Assembly (NCBI GenBank): GCA_965612785.1
Contig: CBFDTC010000001.1
Span: forward strand, 1 to 54,810
Source: Candidatus Bathyarchaeota archaeon
Lineage (GTDB): Archaea > Thermoproteota > Bathyarchaeia > TCS64 > CBFDTC01
Direction: 5' to 3'
Length of the DNA: 54,810 bases
Shown piece by piece: positions 26,694-35,679 of this stretch. Position numbers and translations under genes: made by a program. The notes under the pieces were generated by a model. The model saw only the letters and a program-made list of their open reading frames with translations, searched no databases and was not told where the DNA came from. Numbering within the stretch: position 1 is the stretch's first letter; each line of letters starts with the position of its first letter.

Positions 26694-28380
26694 GGACCTC
26701 GACAGGGTTGGGAAGGTACACGTCTTGGACCGGGTAGTTGCTCAGCTTCATGGTGTAGTACTTCTCGAACACCTCCCCCACCTCCTCCAAAACCTGCTCC
26801 CTCACGTCCTCCTGGACGGACGCCCTAACCCAGAACGTGTTTCCAAGTGGGGTTGAGACTATCCTCCCATCCCACACGACGATTTCGCCTCCCTTAACGA
26901 CGTACTTCGCCCTCGAGAAGGCCTTCTCTATGCTCCTGTAGTCCGACGAGTCGAGCCTGTTCGGGTCTATCGGGTACACCGCCACATCTGCGTCCGCACC
27001 GACTCCGAGGTGGCCCTTATCCCTCAAGCTCAGGGCCTTGGCCGTCGCTGCCCTCGTCACTATGGCAATCTCGTAGAGCGTGTACTCCCGGTATATGTCG
27101 GCTATCTCCGTCTTCCTGAACACGGCTCCGTGCATCCCGGCCATCGTGTCGGACCTTGCCTTACGGCTCATCAGCCACGCTATGACCCTCGGGTAGTGGG
27201 TGAACGGAGCTCCGTTCGGGTGGTCTGTCGTCAGGTAGACCCTCCATAGGTCCTTCATCAGCAGCATCACCTCCAGGCCTATGGCCCACTGAACAGCGTT
27301 GACGGGACTCTTCTTCTTGAACGTGTAGGGGACTATGCCCGCCCCCGTCTCGAACTCCACGTCCGAGTTTATCCACTTGTTCCCCGTCAGCTTGTAAAGC
27401 CTGAACTGCCAAGGTCCGTCGGCCGTCATCGTAGTCGTGTCCGTGAAGTCTATCTGACCTACGTCCACGGTCACGTGTTCATGCTTGTTCAGGTAGTCCA
27501 CTATCTCAGGACCTCCTGACCTAAAGTCCCTCCAATCCTTCCCTGCGAAAGCGTTGAACTGCACGTGGGTTACGTGTATCACCGCCTTCCTGCCGGGTGC
27601 AGGTTCGACGCCTCTGACGGCCTCCATCGTCTCTATGGTCGTCTCGTAGTTTCCCGGGACGCCGAGGTTGTTGCAGTGGACGTGTATCGTGTGCGGCAGC
27701 CCGAGCGACTCGTTAGCCCTCGCCAGCCCGACGACTATCTGCCTCGGCGTGACGCCGAAGCCCTCCACGACGTCGTCTATCGACTCGACGTCCTTACCCC
27801 ACTTCCACATCTCGACGCCGCCCGGGTTGACTATCTTGACTGCGTAGCCCTTCGTGGCCCACAGGAGCCAGGCCACGAACGCCTTCAGCTTCTCTAGGTC
27901 TCCCTCGGAGACGTACTTGAGGACGAAGTAGTTGTTTCCCATCAGCGGGAAGAAGGCCTTGTCGACTATCGGGGTGTCGTTGAGCTCCTCGTGGACGTGT
28001 CTCGCACCCAGCGGAGGCCCTGCTGGCTCTATGACGGTCGTGTACCCCATGAGGGCGTACCTGTACCCAGTCACGAAGGTCGACGGAACCGAGTACCCGA
28101 CTCCAGCCCTCGTCACGTCCGTCCTTGGGACTACGTCCTTCCTGTGGTCTTCGGGCCTCATCAGCCTTCCGAGGTTGACCTTCGACCCTGCTATGTGGCT
28201 GTGTATGTCCACGCCGCCGGGCATGACGGTCATGCCTGAGGCGTCTATGACCTTTGCCTTAGACTCGTCCACGGACTCCACTACCTTGCCGTCCCTTATG
28301 CAGATGTCCATACGCTCCCCGTCCACGCCGTTCAGGGGGTCGAAGACGTATCCACCCTTTATGAGGAGCTCCACCCTCAC
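26677..28380 (-). CDS. fwdA: Formylmethanofuran dehydrogenase subunit A (amidohydrolase fold)
   Basis: 567 aa. The metal-binding pattern GG.DIHSHIAGSKVN and overall similarity match FwdA/FmdA. Confidence 0.93.
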   Translation of the reverse strand: MRVELLIKGGYVFDPLNGVDGERMDICIRDGKVVESVDESKAKVIDASGMTVMPGGVDIHSHIAGSKVNLGRLMRPEDHRKDVVPRTDVTRAGVGYSVPSTFVTGYRYALMGYTTVIEPAGPPLGARHVHEELNDTPIVDKAFFPLMGNNYFVLKYVSEGDLEKLKAFVAWLLWATKGYAVKIVNPGGVEMWKWGKDVESIDDVVEGFGVTPRQIVVGLARANESLGLPHTIHVHCNNLGVPGNYETTIETMEAVRGVEPAPGRKAVIHVTHVQFNAFAGKDWRDFRSGGPEIVDYLNKHEHVTVDVGQIDFTDTTTMTADGPWQFRLYKLTGNKWINSDVEFETGAGIVPYTFKKKSPVNAVQWAIGLEVMLLMKDLWRVYLTTDHPNGAPFTHYPRVIAWLMSRKARSDTMAGMHGAVFRKTEIADIYREYTLYEIAIVTRAATAKALSLRDKGHLGVGADADVAVYPIDPNRLDSSDYRSIEKAFSRAKYVVKGGEIVVWDGRIVSTPLGNTFWVRASVQEDVREQVLEEVGEVFEKYYTMKLSNYPVQDVYLPNPVEVHAGGG

Positions 28381-29678
28381 ATCACCTCCCTGACACGTCT
28401 GATTACCATCTCCAAGACCTCCCTGTCCGGGAGGACCCCCTCAGGCGGGTCGACTATCTTCTTCAGTCTTATGGGAACCCCGTCCATGCGGTACGCCGTC
28501 CCCTCACACTCTATCCCGGATGCGGCTACCGGTATCACCACGTCAGCCATCATGGCAGTCATGTTCACCTTACAGTCCATGACCGCCAGCGGTATCCTGG
28601 CCAGATGCCTGGCCGCCTCGACGGGGAAGTGGGCTGCGGGGTCCGACGCTATTATCAGAGCGGCGTCCACCTCCCCCCTTGCCAGGAGGTCTACGGCCCA
28701 GAACTCCCCCGGCCCGTACCTCGGGTAGCCTCTGCTGAAGTCCACCGCGTACGGGTACCCCGTCTGCCAGGTCGAAACGGTGTTTGCCCCAGCCACGTTG
28801 AAGTGCCCCCTCATGGGCATCATGACGAACTTCGTGTGGGAGTTCAGGTCCCTCACAAGCCTCGCCAACGCCTCCACGTTCATGTGCCTCCCGGGGCTCA
28901 TCGTGACCCCGACCCCGAAGAACACGACGCCGAACTTACAGGTCTTCATCTTCTCCGCCATCTCCCTCACGGTGTCCATCGGGACGCCTGCCACCTCCTC
29001 GACTGGGAGGTCGTACCCCCTCAGGACAGCCCTCAAGGCCTGCACGAGCTCGAAGTCCCTCCCAGGCTTGACTTTGACGAACATGTCGGCTAGCCTGGCG
29101 GTTCCCGTCCTGCGTACGTCGACGACGATGACGAACCTGTCCTTGCGGCCCTGGATGAACATGCCCTTCGGCAGGACCGAGTACCTTGCCATGTGTCTCA
29201 GGAACGACGCAGTTGGGTTGCACCCCCAGAACACGACGAGGTCGGCTCTGTTCTTCATCTCCCCGAGGGTGGCCTTGGGCTCCCCCACGGCCTGGAGGGC
29301 GAGTATGGTCGGTCCGTGGCAGACGGAGGCGGTGTTGTCCACGACGGCTCCGACGAGCTCTCCGAGCTCTATGGCCTTGGATATGGCGTCGCACTCCGTG
29401 GAGCTGAGTCCGTATATAAGCGGCCAGTCGGCCTCGACGAGCATCCTCGCCAACTCGTCCACGGCCTCCTCCAGAGTGGTCTCGACGAGCTTTCCGTCCC
29501 TGCGTACCATCGGCTTCAGGATGCGGTTTCTGTGGTGGTTCCTGAACTTGCTGGAGGATATACCACACCCGTTCTTCACCTCGACTATCCTCCCATCCTC
29601 CACTCGGACGACTATGTCGTCGCACAGGCACCCACAGAACGGACACACGACGTCCTCGTACACGGGCACGTCCATCAC
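28377..29678 (-). CDS. fwdB: Formylmethanofuran dehydrogenase subunit B (molybdo/tungstopterin-binding)
   Basis: N-terminal Fe-S motif CPFCGCLCDD and an MopB-type body with an active-site Cys (NTASVCHGPT). There is no in-frame TGA. W versus Mo cannot be told from the sequence. Confidence 0.9.
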   Translation of the reverse strand: MMDVPVYEDVVCPFCGCLCDDIVVRVEDGRIVEVKNGCGISSSKFRNHHRNRILKPMVRRDGKLVETTLEEAVDELARMLVEADWPLIYGLSSTECDAISKAIELGELVGAVVDNTASVCHGPTILALQAVGEPKATLGEMKNRADLVVFWGCNPTASFLRHMARYSVLPKGMFIQGRKDRFVIVVDVRRTGTARLADMFVKVKPGRDFELVQALRAVLRGYDLPVEEVAGVPMDTVREMAEKMKTCKFGVVFFGVGVTMSPGRHMNVEALARLVRDLNSHTKFVMMPMRGHFNVAGANTVSTWQTGYPYAVDFSRGYPRYGPGEFWAVDLLARGEVDAALIIASDPAAHFPVEAARHLARIPLAVMDCKVNMTAMMADVVIPVAASGIECEGTAYRMDGVPIRLKKIVDPPEGVLPDREVLEMVIRRVREVM

Positions 29679-30067
29679 CCCCTAAGCATCTGGACTAAGT
29701 CCTCCAGGGTCGGGACTTTCATGCCTGGGGCTGGGGAGACCTCCGCCTCCACGCTCTTGAACTGGGGCATGCCGACCCCCCTGGTGTGGGAGCTTATGAC
29801 CGCGTTTGCCCACGGGCCGTAGGGCATGAACGCCACACCCTCATCCAACCCCTTGGAGACCTTACACCAGACCACCACAGAGCCGACGCCCGTCTTCACG
29901 GAGACCGTGTCGCCGTCGGAGACTCCCAGCTTCTCAGCGTCGGAGGGGCTGAGCTCTACGACCGCCACAGCCCTACGGTACTCTTCAGACGTCTTGCCGA
30001 TCTCCATCGTCATACCCTGCTTGGCCGTTCGACCAGTTATGAGCGTGACCCTCACACTCAAGCTCAT
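29675..30067 (-). CDS. fwdD: Formylmethanofuran dehydrogenase subunit D (molybdopterin dinucleotide-binding barrel)
   Basis: 130 aa with the pattern ..LITGRT..QG........S.EY....A..ELSP.DA.KLG...GD.V.V.T..GSVVV. It has an ATGA overlap with fwdB. Confidence 0.9.
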   Translation of the reverse strand: MSLSVRVTLITGRTAKQGMTMEIGKTSEEYRRAVAVVELSPSDAEKLGVSDGDTVSVKTGVGSVVVWCKVSKGLDEGVAFMPYGPWANAVISSHTRGVGMPQFKSVEAEVSPAPGMKVPTLEDLVQMLRG

Positions 30068-30076
30068 AACACCCCC

Positions 30077-31039
30077 TCAGATTTCCAGCCCGAGCCTAAG
30101 TATCTCCGCGTTTATCCCACCAGCCCTGAAGACCCTGCCCGTCCTGACGTTCGTGACCACCACGCCGGCTGGTGCGAAGAGGGCTGGGTCTATCTTCGTG
30201 AAGTCGAAGTCCACCTCCTTGTATATCTCGTAGCTGGGCTTACCGTACGACGGGGAGCTTGAGGAAGGCGTCTTCGACACCAGGTCGGCCAGCCAACCCT
30301 CATCTTCGACGTCCACGAGGTAGGAGGCGAAGCCCCCGTAGGTCAGGGCATCCTCACACCGACCTATCGCCACACCCCAGTCTGGGTGGGGTGGCATGAC
30401 CGGTGCGTACCCCGACGCATGTAGGACGCTGTTCGGGTCGAGTCCGAGGTACTCCATCTTGAACAGGCCTGTCTCGGCTATCCTGCCGGATATCTGCGTC
30501 GAACCTGCGTAGGAGGTTGTGGACGTCAAGACTATGTACACCTCTTTAGGTTCGACGTCGCACTTCTCGCTTATGAAGAGGGCAACCTCATCCCCCGGCT
30601 TCTTCGAGGTCTCCAGGACTATGACCGCAGAGTCGTAGTCGTCCTGATATCCGATCTTCTTGAAGACTCTCTTAGGCTTCAGGGCGAGGGCCCTCGCCGG
30701 CCCAGAACCGTCTCCCGTGAAGTCTCCCACCCTAACCCTCCAGCCGGCCAGCTGACAGCCAAGCAGGGATACGGCAGGCCTGTCTGTCGACACCACCACG
30801 GTCGGAAGCGTCAGGTCTCCGTACTCCACGTACGTCAACGAGACCTCGGCCAGGCCGCCCATCGCTATCTCCGTAACTTTAAGGCCGGCCAGTACGCCTC
30901 CGGGCGCCTCAAGACCTGTGTCTATGACGGTGGCGCCGCATCCGAGTTTCTCAACCTTCACTCCGTATAGCTCAGGCTCTTCGAGAAGCTGCTCGACAAC
31001 CTTCAGGGCGAGCTTGTTTACGCTTAATTTAGACATCAC
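30077..31039 (-). CDS. mch: Methenyltetrahydromethanopterin cyclohydrolase
   Basis: Strong pattern match to Mch (..G.TVID.G.EA.GG..AG......MGGLA.V.L...........V.V.TD.PA...L..Q.AGW.V.VGD....GSGPARALALKPK..). The GTG at 31039 is followed immediately by an ATG at 31036. Confidence 0.93.
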   Translation of the reverse strand: MMSKLSVNKLALKVVEQLLEEPELYGVKVEKLGCGATVIDTGLEAPGGVLAGLKVTEIAMGGLAEVSLTYVEYGDLTLPTVVVSTDRPAVSLLGCQLAGWRVRVGDFTGDGSGPARALALKPKRVFKKIGYQDDYDSAVIVLETSKKPGDEVALFISEKCDVEPKEVYIVLTSTTSYAGSTQISGRIAETGLFKMEYLGLDPNSVLHASGYAPVMPPHPDWGVAIGRCEDALTYGGFASYLVDVEDEGWLADLVSKTPSSSSPSYGKPSYEIYKEVDFDFTKIDPALFAPAGVVVTNVRTGRVFRAGGINAEILRLGLEI

Positions 31040-31056
31040 AGTATGTTGTATGGAAC

Positions 31057-31064
31057 AATTAAAA
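31057..31064 (-). promoter_or_regulatory. TATA-like box (TTTTAATT) for the mch-fwd-ftr operon
   Basis: Its centre is about 24-25 nt upstream of the mch ATG (31036). This is consistent with a leaderless transcript. Confidence 0.5.
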
Positions 31065-31305
31065 CGTTTGTGGTTCGTTTTGTGGACTCTTTTCCTGTCC
31101 GAACACGCGCAAGTGTATTCTTACGAAGCCACGGCATCCCTCGGGACTGTGACACCCGTTTTTGAGGCTGGTTCGGCCCCCTCAGCGTATCGTCTCGGAC
31201 ACGGCATGTACACCGTACATGTTTCGCGCATCATGACGGAAACTTTTACGTGGGTTTTAGGAACGCTCTAAGCGCCCATCTGGTTTAGGCCACTGTAGTT
31301 GTCCA

Positions 31306-31998
31306 TCAAGCCTTCTCGAGGATTATCTTGACGTCCACGGCCACGGCGCCTTCCTCGTAGACGTGTATCGGGTTCAGGTCTACCTCACCTATCTCCCGGA
31401 GCTCCGTCACCATCCTGGAGACCTTGAGTATGATTTCCTTGACCGCCTCCAAGTCCGCAGGGGGTCTCCCACGGTACCCCCTGAGTATCCTGTACCCCCT
31501 GATCTCCCGTATCATCTCTTCGGCATCTGCCTCGGAGACGGGGGCGACCCTGAAGGAGACGTCGTCCAAAACCTCGACGAACACTCCTCCAAGCCCGAAC
31601 ATCACGGTCGGCCCGAACTGTCTGTCCCTGAAGGCTCCGACTATCACTTCGACCCCTTCTTTGACTTGTTCTTCGACGAGGACTCCGACTATCTCGGCCG
31701 ATGGGATCCTGTTCAACGTGTTCTCCACGACCTTCCTGTAGGCCTCTCTGACCTCCTCCCGGTTGGAGACGTTGAGGAAGACCCCGCCTACGTCGGTTTT
31801 GTGGACGACCTGCGGTGAGACCACCTTGAGGACGACTGGGTATCCGATTCTCTCGGCGTGTTCGACCGCCTCCTCGACGCTCCTCGCCAGCTCGAACCTC
31901 GGGACGGGTATCCCGTACTCGATGCAGAGGCGTTTAGCCTCAGGCTCCATCAGTACGTACCGCCCCTCCATCCTCGCCCTCGCTATCACGGATGTCAA
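31306..31998 (-). CDS. acdB: ADP-forming acetyl-CoA synthetase (acetate--CoA ligase), beta subunit (ATP-grasp_5)
   Basis: Close pattern match to Pyrococcus ACS beta: ..L.EPEAK.L...YGIPVP.F..A.....A......IGYPVV.K.VSPQ..HK.D.GGV.... and ..DPQFGP.VMFGLGG.FVE.L.DVSFRVAP....DA.EMIREI.. Confidence 0.9.
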   Translation of the reverse strand: MTSVIARARMEGRYVLMEPEAKRLCIEYGIPVPRFELARSVEEAVEHAERIGYPVVLKVVSPQVVHKTDVGGVFLNVSNREEVREAYRKVVENTLNRIPSAEIVGVLVEEQVKEGVEVIVGAFRDRQFGPTVMFGLGGVFVEVLDDVSFRVAPVSEADAEEMIREIRGYRILRGYRGRPPADLEAVKEIILKVSRMVTELREIGEVDLNPIHVYEEGAVAVDVKIILEKA

Positions 31999-32960
31999 GC
32001 CCCTCCCACCCCACGCTTCAGGTAGTATTCTATGAGCTCCCTCACCCCGTCGATGACCCTTCTCTTAGGGTTGAACCCGAGAACCCTCCTAACCTTATCG
32101 TTCGAGTAGTAGAAAACCCTGACCTCCCCGGCTCTCTCACCGGCGTGGACGACGGAGGCCCTGACGCCCACGGCCTTCTCAACCTCGTCCAACACCATGT
32201 CGGCCAAGTCCGATATGGTCAGAGCCTCGCACCCAACGTTGAAGACCTCCCCGGTCACCCTCGAAGCCTCAGCCTTCATGCACGTCTCGAGAACGTCCAC
32301 TACGTCCATCAGGTGGACGAAGTCCCTCATCTGGCTTCCGTCCCCGTATATCGTCAAGGGCTCCCCCTTCAAGGCCTTGGACACGAATATGGGCATCACC
32401 GAGTCCTCCCTCACCCTCGGACCGACCCCGTAGACGTTTCCGAGCCTGAGTATGACCGTCTCCATGCCGTACACGTCGTGGAAAGCGTTCATCAACGCCT
32501 CGGAGGCCAGCTTCGTAACCCCGTACAGGCTCAGCGGCCTGAGTTCGCAGTCCTCCGAGACCGGAACCCTCCTCGGCGTCCCGTAGACGGCTGCTGTGGA
32601 CGTGAACACGATTCTGTCTACGTCGAGCTTCCTCGAGGCCTCCAGGACGTTGTAAGTCCCGTAGACGTTCGTGGAGACCGCCTCCTCGGGCCTCTCGCTG
32701 CAGGACGGTATACCCGACATGGCCGCCAGGTGTATGACTGCCTCCGCCTCACACTCCTTCAGGGCCTCCTCCAGGTCCGCCGGGTTCCTTATGTCCCCGA
32801 CCTTCAGCACGTACCCGTACTCCTCAGCCCGCCTGTGCAGGGGGGTGTAGTCTCCGAGGCTTAGGTTGTCCAGCGAGACTACCCTGTGGCCCCTGGAACT
32901 GAGCTCCAAGACGGTTGCAGAGCCTATGTACCCCGCCCCGCCCGTGACGAGGACGTTCAC
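31995..32960 (-). CDS. NAD-dependent sugar-nucleotide epimerase/dehydratase (GalE-like SDR)
   Basis: Rossmann motif VLVTGGAGYIGS and catalytic YxxxK (YGVTKLASE). 321 aa. ATGA-type overlap with acdB. Confidence 0.88.
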   Translation of the reverse strand: MNVLVTGGAGYIGSATVLELSSRGHRVVSLDNLSLGDYTPLHRRAEEYGYVLKVGDIRNPADLEEALKECEAEAVIHLAAMSGIPSCSERPEEAVSTNVYGTYNVLEASRKLDVDRIVFTSTAAVYGTPRRVPVSEDCELRPLSLYGVTKLASEALMNAFHDVYGMETVILRLGNVYGVGPRVREDSVMPIFVSKALKGEPLTIYGDGSQMRDFVHLMDVVDVLETCMKAEASRVTGEVFNVGCEALTISDLADMVLDEVEKAVGVRASVVHAGERAGEVRVFYYSNDKVRRVLGFNPKRRVIDGVRELIEYYLKRGVGGA

Positions 32961-32985
32961 AAAAAATTCTCTGCCATAAGAATCC

Positions 32986-34356
32986 TTAAGTCTTCTTCAG
33001 GGCCGTCTTCAAGGCCTTTTCAGCCGCCAGGGACAGGGGCTCCAGCACGTCGGAGAGCGGAGGCGTGTACCCGAAGTCCGCCCTGGACAGGTCTTGGAGC
33101 GTCATGCCAGACTGTATGGCCAGGGCCATGGCGTTGACCCTGCCCAGAACACCCTCCCCGCCGACCACCTGACAGCCGACTATCCTGAGGGTCTCGGCGT
33201 CCGCCACCACCTTCACGGTCACATGCTTCCACCCAGGGTAGTACTCCGCCCTCGTCCTCCACGTGACCTTGCCGGAGACGACCTCCATGCCGAGCTTTCT
33301 GGCATGCCTCTCGGTCAGGCCGGTTGAGCCTACTTCGATGCCGAACATCTTAGATGCGAATGTTCCGAGGGTTCCTGGGAAGGTGCAGTGTCCTCCGGCA
33401 GCGTTTATCCCGGCAACCTTGCCCATGCGGACAGCCGTTGTGCCAAGCTGTGGCGCCGAGGGGGTCTTCGAGACCATGTGAACCGACTCAGCGCAGTCTC
33501 CGGCGCAGTACACGTCTTCAACAGGCCTACATCTCCCCCTCTCTAACGCCCTGAGTTTCATGTCCGTCTTCAGGCATCTCGTAACTCCCACAGCCAAACC
33601 CATAGCTTCTCCGAGCTCTACGTTAGCCCTCACGCCGGTGGCCACGACGACGATGTCTGCCTCAACTTCCATGCCTCCAGCACACACGGATTTGACATGC
33701 TCGTCACCCAACACCGCCTCTACAGGCTTCTTCAGGAGAACTTTTACCCCCTCCCGCTCGACGACGCTCTGAACCCGTCTAGCCATGTCCGCATCCAGGG
33801 ATGCGGGTAGTATGGAGTCCATGAGCTCGACCACGGTCACTTTGAGACCTCTCCTCCTCAACGCGTCCGCCACTTCTAAGCCCACAGGCCCGGCTCCCAC
33901 GACAACCCCAGCCTTCGCATGTTCCAGCTTCCTCATCACGGCGAGACAGTCGTCCACCGTTCTGAGCGTGTACACCCCGTCGAGGTCCATCCCCTCCACG
34001 GGGGGCTTCCAAGCCCTAGCCCCCGTGCATAGGATAATTGAATCGTACTCGACTTCCTCGACACGTCCGTCCTCCCTCCGTACCGTGGCGACCCTGGACG
34101 CCCGGTCGACGTCGACCACCTTAGACTTAAGCCACAGGTCTATCCGCATGGCCTTGAAGTGGGATGGCTTGTACGTTATGAGTTCCTCCAAGCTCCTTAT
34201 CTCGCCGGATATTAGGAACGGGAGACCACACCTCGAATACGTCGAGTACGGCTCATCCCCCACGACGATGATCTCAGCTTCTCTATCCGTCTTCCTCGCA
34301 AACGAGGCGGCCGTCGCTCCGGCAGCGTTTGCCCCGACGACCAGTATTCGCCTCAA
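32986..34356 (-). CDS. FAD-dependent pyridine nucleotide-disulfide oxidoreductase (NADH oxidase / CoA-disulfide reductase type)
   Basis: FAD motif ILVVGANAAG, single redox Cys in YSRCGLPF, second dinucleotide motif VVVGAGPVGLE. About 456 aa. Confidence 0.88.
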   Translation of the reverse strand: MRRILVVGANAAGATAASFARKTDREAEIIVVGDEPYSTYSRCGLPFLISGEIRSLEELITYKPSHFKAMRIDLWLKSKVVDVDRASRVATVRREDGRVEEVEYDSIILCTGARAWKPPVEGMDLDGVYTLRTVDDCLAVMRKLEHAKAGVVVGAGPVGLEVADALRRRGLKVTVVELMDSILPASLDADMARRVQSVVEREGVKVLLKKPVEAVLGDEHVKSVCAGGMEVEADIVVVATGVRANVELGEAMGLAVGVTRCLKTDMKLRALERGRCRPVEDVYCAGDCAESVHMVSKTPSAPQLGTTAVRMGKVAGINAAGGHCTFPGTLGTFASKMFGIEVGSTGLTERHARKLGMEVVSGKVTWRTRAEYYPGWKHVTVKVVADAETLRIVGCQVVGGEGVLGRVNAMALAIQSGMTLQDLSRADFGYTPPLSDVLEPLSLAAEKALKTALKKT

Positions 34357-34397
34357 GGTTTGACAACTTCTTTTCGGTAAAGTTATATTTTAGACTT

Positions 34398-34943
34398 ATG
34401 GCAGTTAGTCTCGGGTTGCAGCTGGACGAGGAAAGTGTTAGGAGGCTTCTTGCCATAAGGAGAGACCTTCTGGAGAGGGTTTCGGAGCTTGAGGAGGAGA
34501 TTAGGCGTATCCGGGAGGTTGTCAGGGTCATCGAGGAAACCCTCACCGCCCAAGGGTTCAGGAGGGCGGCCGAGTCCTCCAGCGGCCTCGAGGTCCCGCT
34601 CAGGTCTTCGGACGGCCGTCTGCTGGCTGTGATGTACGTGTATGAGGGTAGGCTCAGGATAGTTCCTTCCGGAGAGTTGGAGTTCAGGACCTCCACACCA
34701 CCGTTCAGGTCGTTCCTGATAGACAGGGTTTTCGAGGGGATGAGGAGGGCTGACGAGAGGAGGGTTGGGGAGGGGGCACTCAGTCCGGATGAGGTTTTCA
34801 GGTACGAGGTTCGCAGCGACGGCGACGTGATAAGGTCGATAGAGGTTTGGAACTACGGTGGTGAGCGTCGCCTGGGCGAGATCAAGAGCGCGGTCAGGTG
34901 GACGCTTGAGAGGATGTACGAGAAGACCGCGGTTCGGGGTTAG
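34398..34943 (+). CDS. Hypothetical protein with N-terminal coiled-coil segment
   Basis: I chose the ATG at 34398 over the track start at 34329, which would overlap the divergent oxidoreductase gene. An A/T box TTATATTT lies at 34384-34391. No recognised domain. Confidence 0.55.
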   Translation: MAVSLGLQLDEESVRRLLAIRRDLLERVSELEEEIRRIREVVRVIEETLTAQGFRRAAESSSGLEVPLRSSDGRLLAVMYVYEGRLRIVPSGELEFRTSTPPFRSFLIDRVFEGMRRADERRVGEGALSPDEVFRYEVRSDGDVIRSIEVWNYGGERRLGEIKSAVRWTLERMYEKTAVRG

Positions 34944-35509
34944 CCCTCCACGACGTATCTGTAGTGGACGTACACGCCAGCCGTTGGGCTTTTGCTCGTG
35001 ACTTTGATTATGTCTCCGGGCTTGGCTCCGAGTATTATGGCTATCGGGTCTGAGGCCTTTATCCAGGGGAGCTGATGCGGTTTGGCGTGGTACTTCTTCA
35101 AGACCTCCTCGGCCTCCTCCCTGGAAAGGACTTCATGCTTCGGGACGAGCCTGTGCTTGAACACGTCGAACGCCGGTATCGTTGGCGGTATGAGCTCTAT
35201 AGTGTACCCCTCCTTCGAAACCCTGTTCACCTCCTCCCTCGCCAAGTGCGTGTACCTCCCCTCCCCCACGAGTATGCCGTGCTTGACGTCGTGCTTCTCC
35301 AGAAGCCTCTTGAGCCTCCTTACGTACGTGACCCCGACGGCCTTTTCGCCAGGCACGCACAGGACGATGACCTTCTCCCGGGTCTTAGGCTTCTGGGCGT
35401 GGATTATCGTCATCTCCTCAGACCTCGAGACATCCTTGACCCTGAAGCCCCTGTACTTCAGGATTATGGCCGCCCTCTTCTCGCAGACCTCGGTCGGCTC
35501 GTACTTCAT
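34940..35509 (-). CDS. rpoH: RNA polymerase subunit H (Rpb5 homolog) with an Rpb5-like / restriction-endonuclease-like N-terminal domain
   Basis: The C-terminal 75 aa match canonical archaeal RpoH: [19 protein letters not shown]......[11 protein letters not shown]...[10 protein letters not shown]...SPTAG....YRYVV. Residues 1-112 form an extra domain whose core ([46 protein letters not shown]) parallels the eukaryotic Rpb5 N-domain ([33 protein letters not shown]). The ATG at 35509 overlaps the rpoP TGA (ATGA). Confidence 0.85.
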   Translation of the reverse strand: MKYEPTEVCEKRAAIILKYRGFRVKDVSRSEEMTIIHAQKPKTREKVIVLCVPGEKAVGVTYVRRLKRLLEKHDVKHGILVGEGRYTHLAREEVNRVSKEGYTIELIPPTIPAFDVFKHRLVPKHEVLSREEAEEVLKKYHAKPHQLPWIKASDPIAIILGAKPGDIIKVTSKSPTAGVYVHYRYVVEG

Positions 35510-35679
35510 ACAGCCTTCACCCTCTTCACTATCTGGGGCCTTATCTTCACGAATATCCTGCTCATGCACTTGGGACACCTGAAGGACACGGAGGATGAGA
35601 GCTCCTTGAAGGACAGCTTGTACCCGCACATCATACACGCATAGTAAATGTCTTCCCTCGGCTTCTCCTCGGTCTCCAT
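35506..35679 (-). CDS. rpoP: RNA polymerase subunit P (Rpb12 homolog), 57 aa, absent from the ORF track
   Basis: The manual translation is [57 protein letters not shown]. The zinc ribbon CxxC..x16..CPxC followed by RI..K.R matches RpoP. Confidence 0.85.
   Translation of the reverse strand: METEEKPREDIYYACMMCGYKLSFKELSSSVSFRCPKCMSRIFVKIRPQIVKRVKAV

Noticed and set aside
28377-29678. Possible selenocysteine (in-frame TGA) in fwdB
   Set aside because: The ORF is uninterrupted and the expected active-site position carries Cys (NTASVCHGPT). No SECIS-like context needs to be invoked.
30918-31271. 117-aa plus-strand ORF spanning the mch 5' end and the upstream spacer
   Set aside because: Its first half is antisense to well-supported mch. 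Only the intergenic part (from the ATG at 31050) is retained as a low-confidence observation in the findings.
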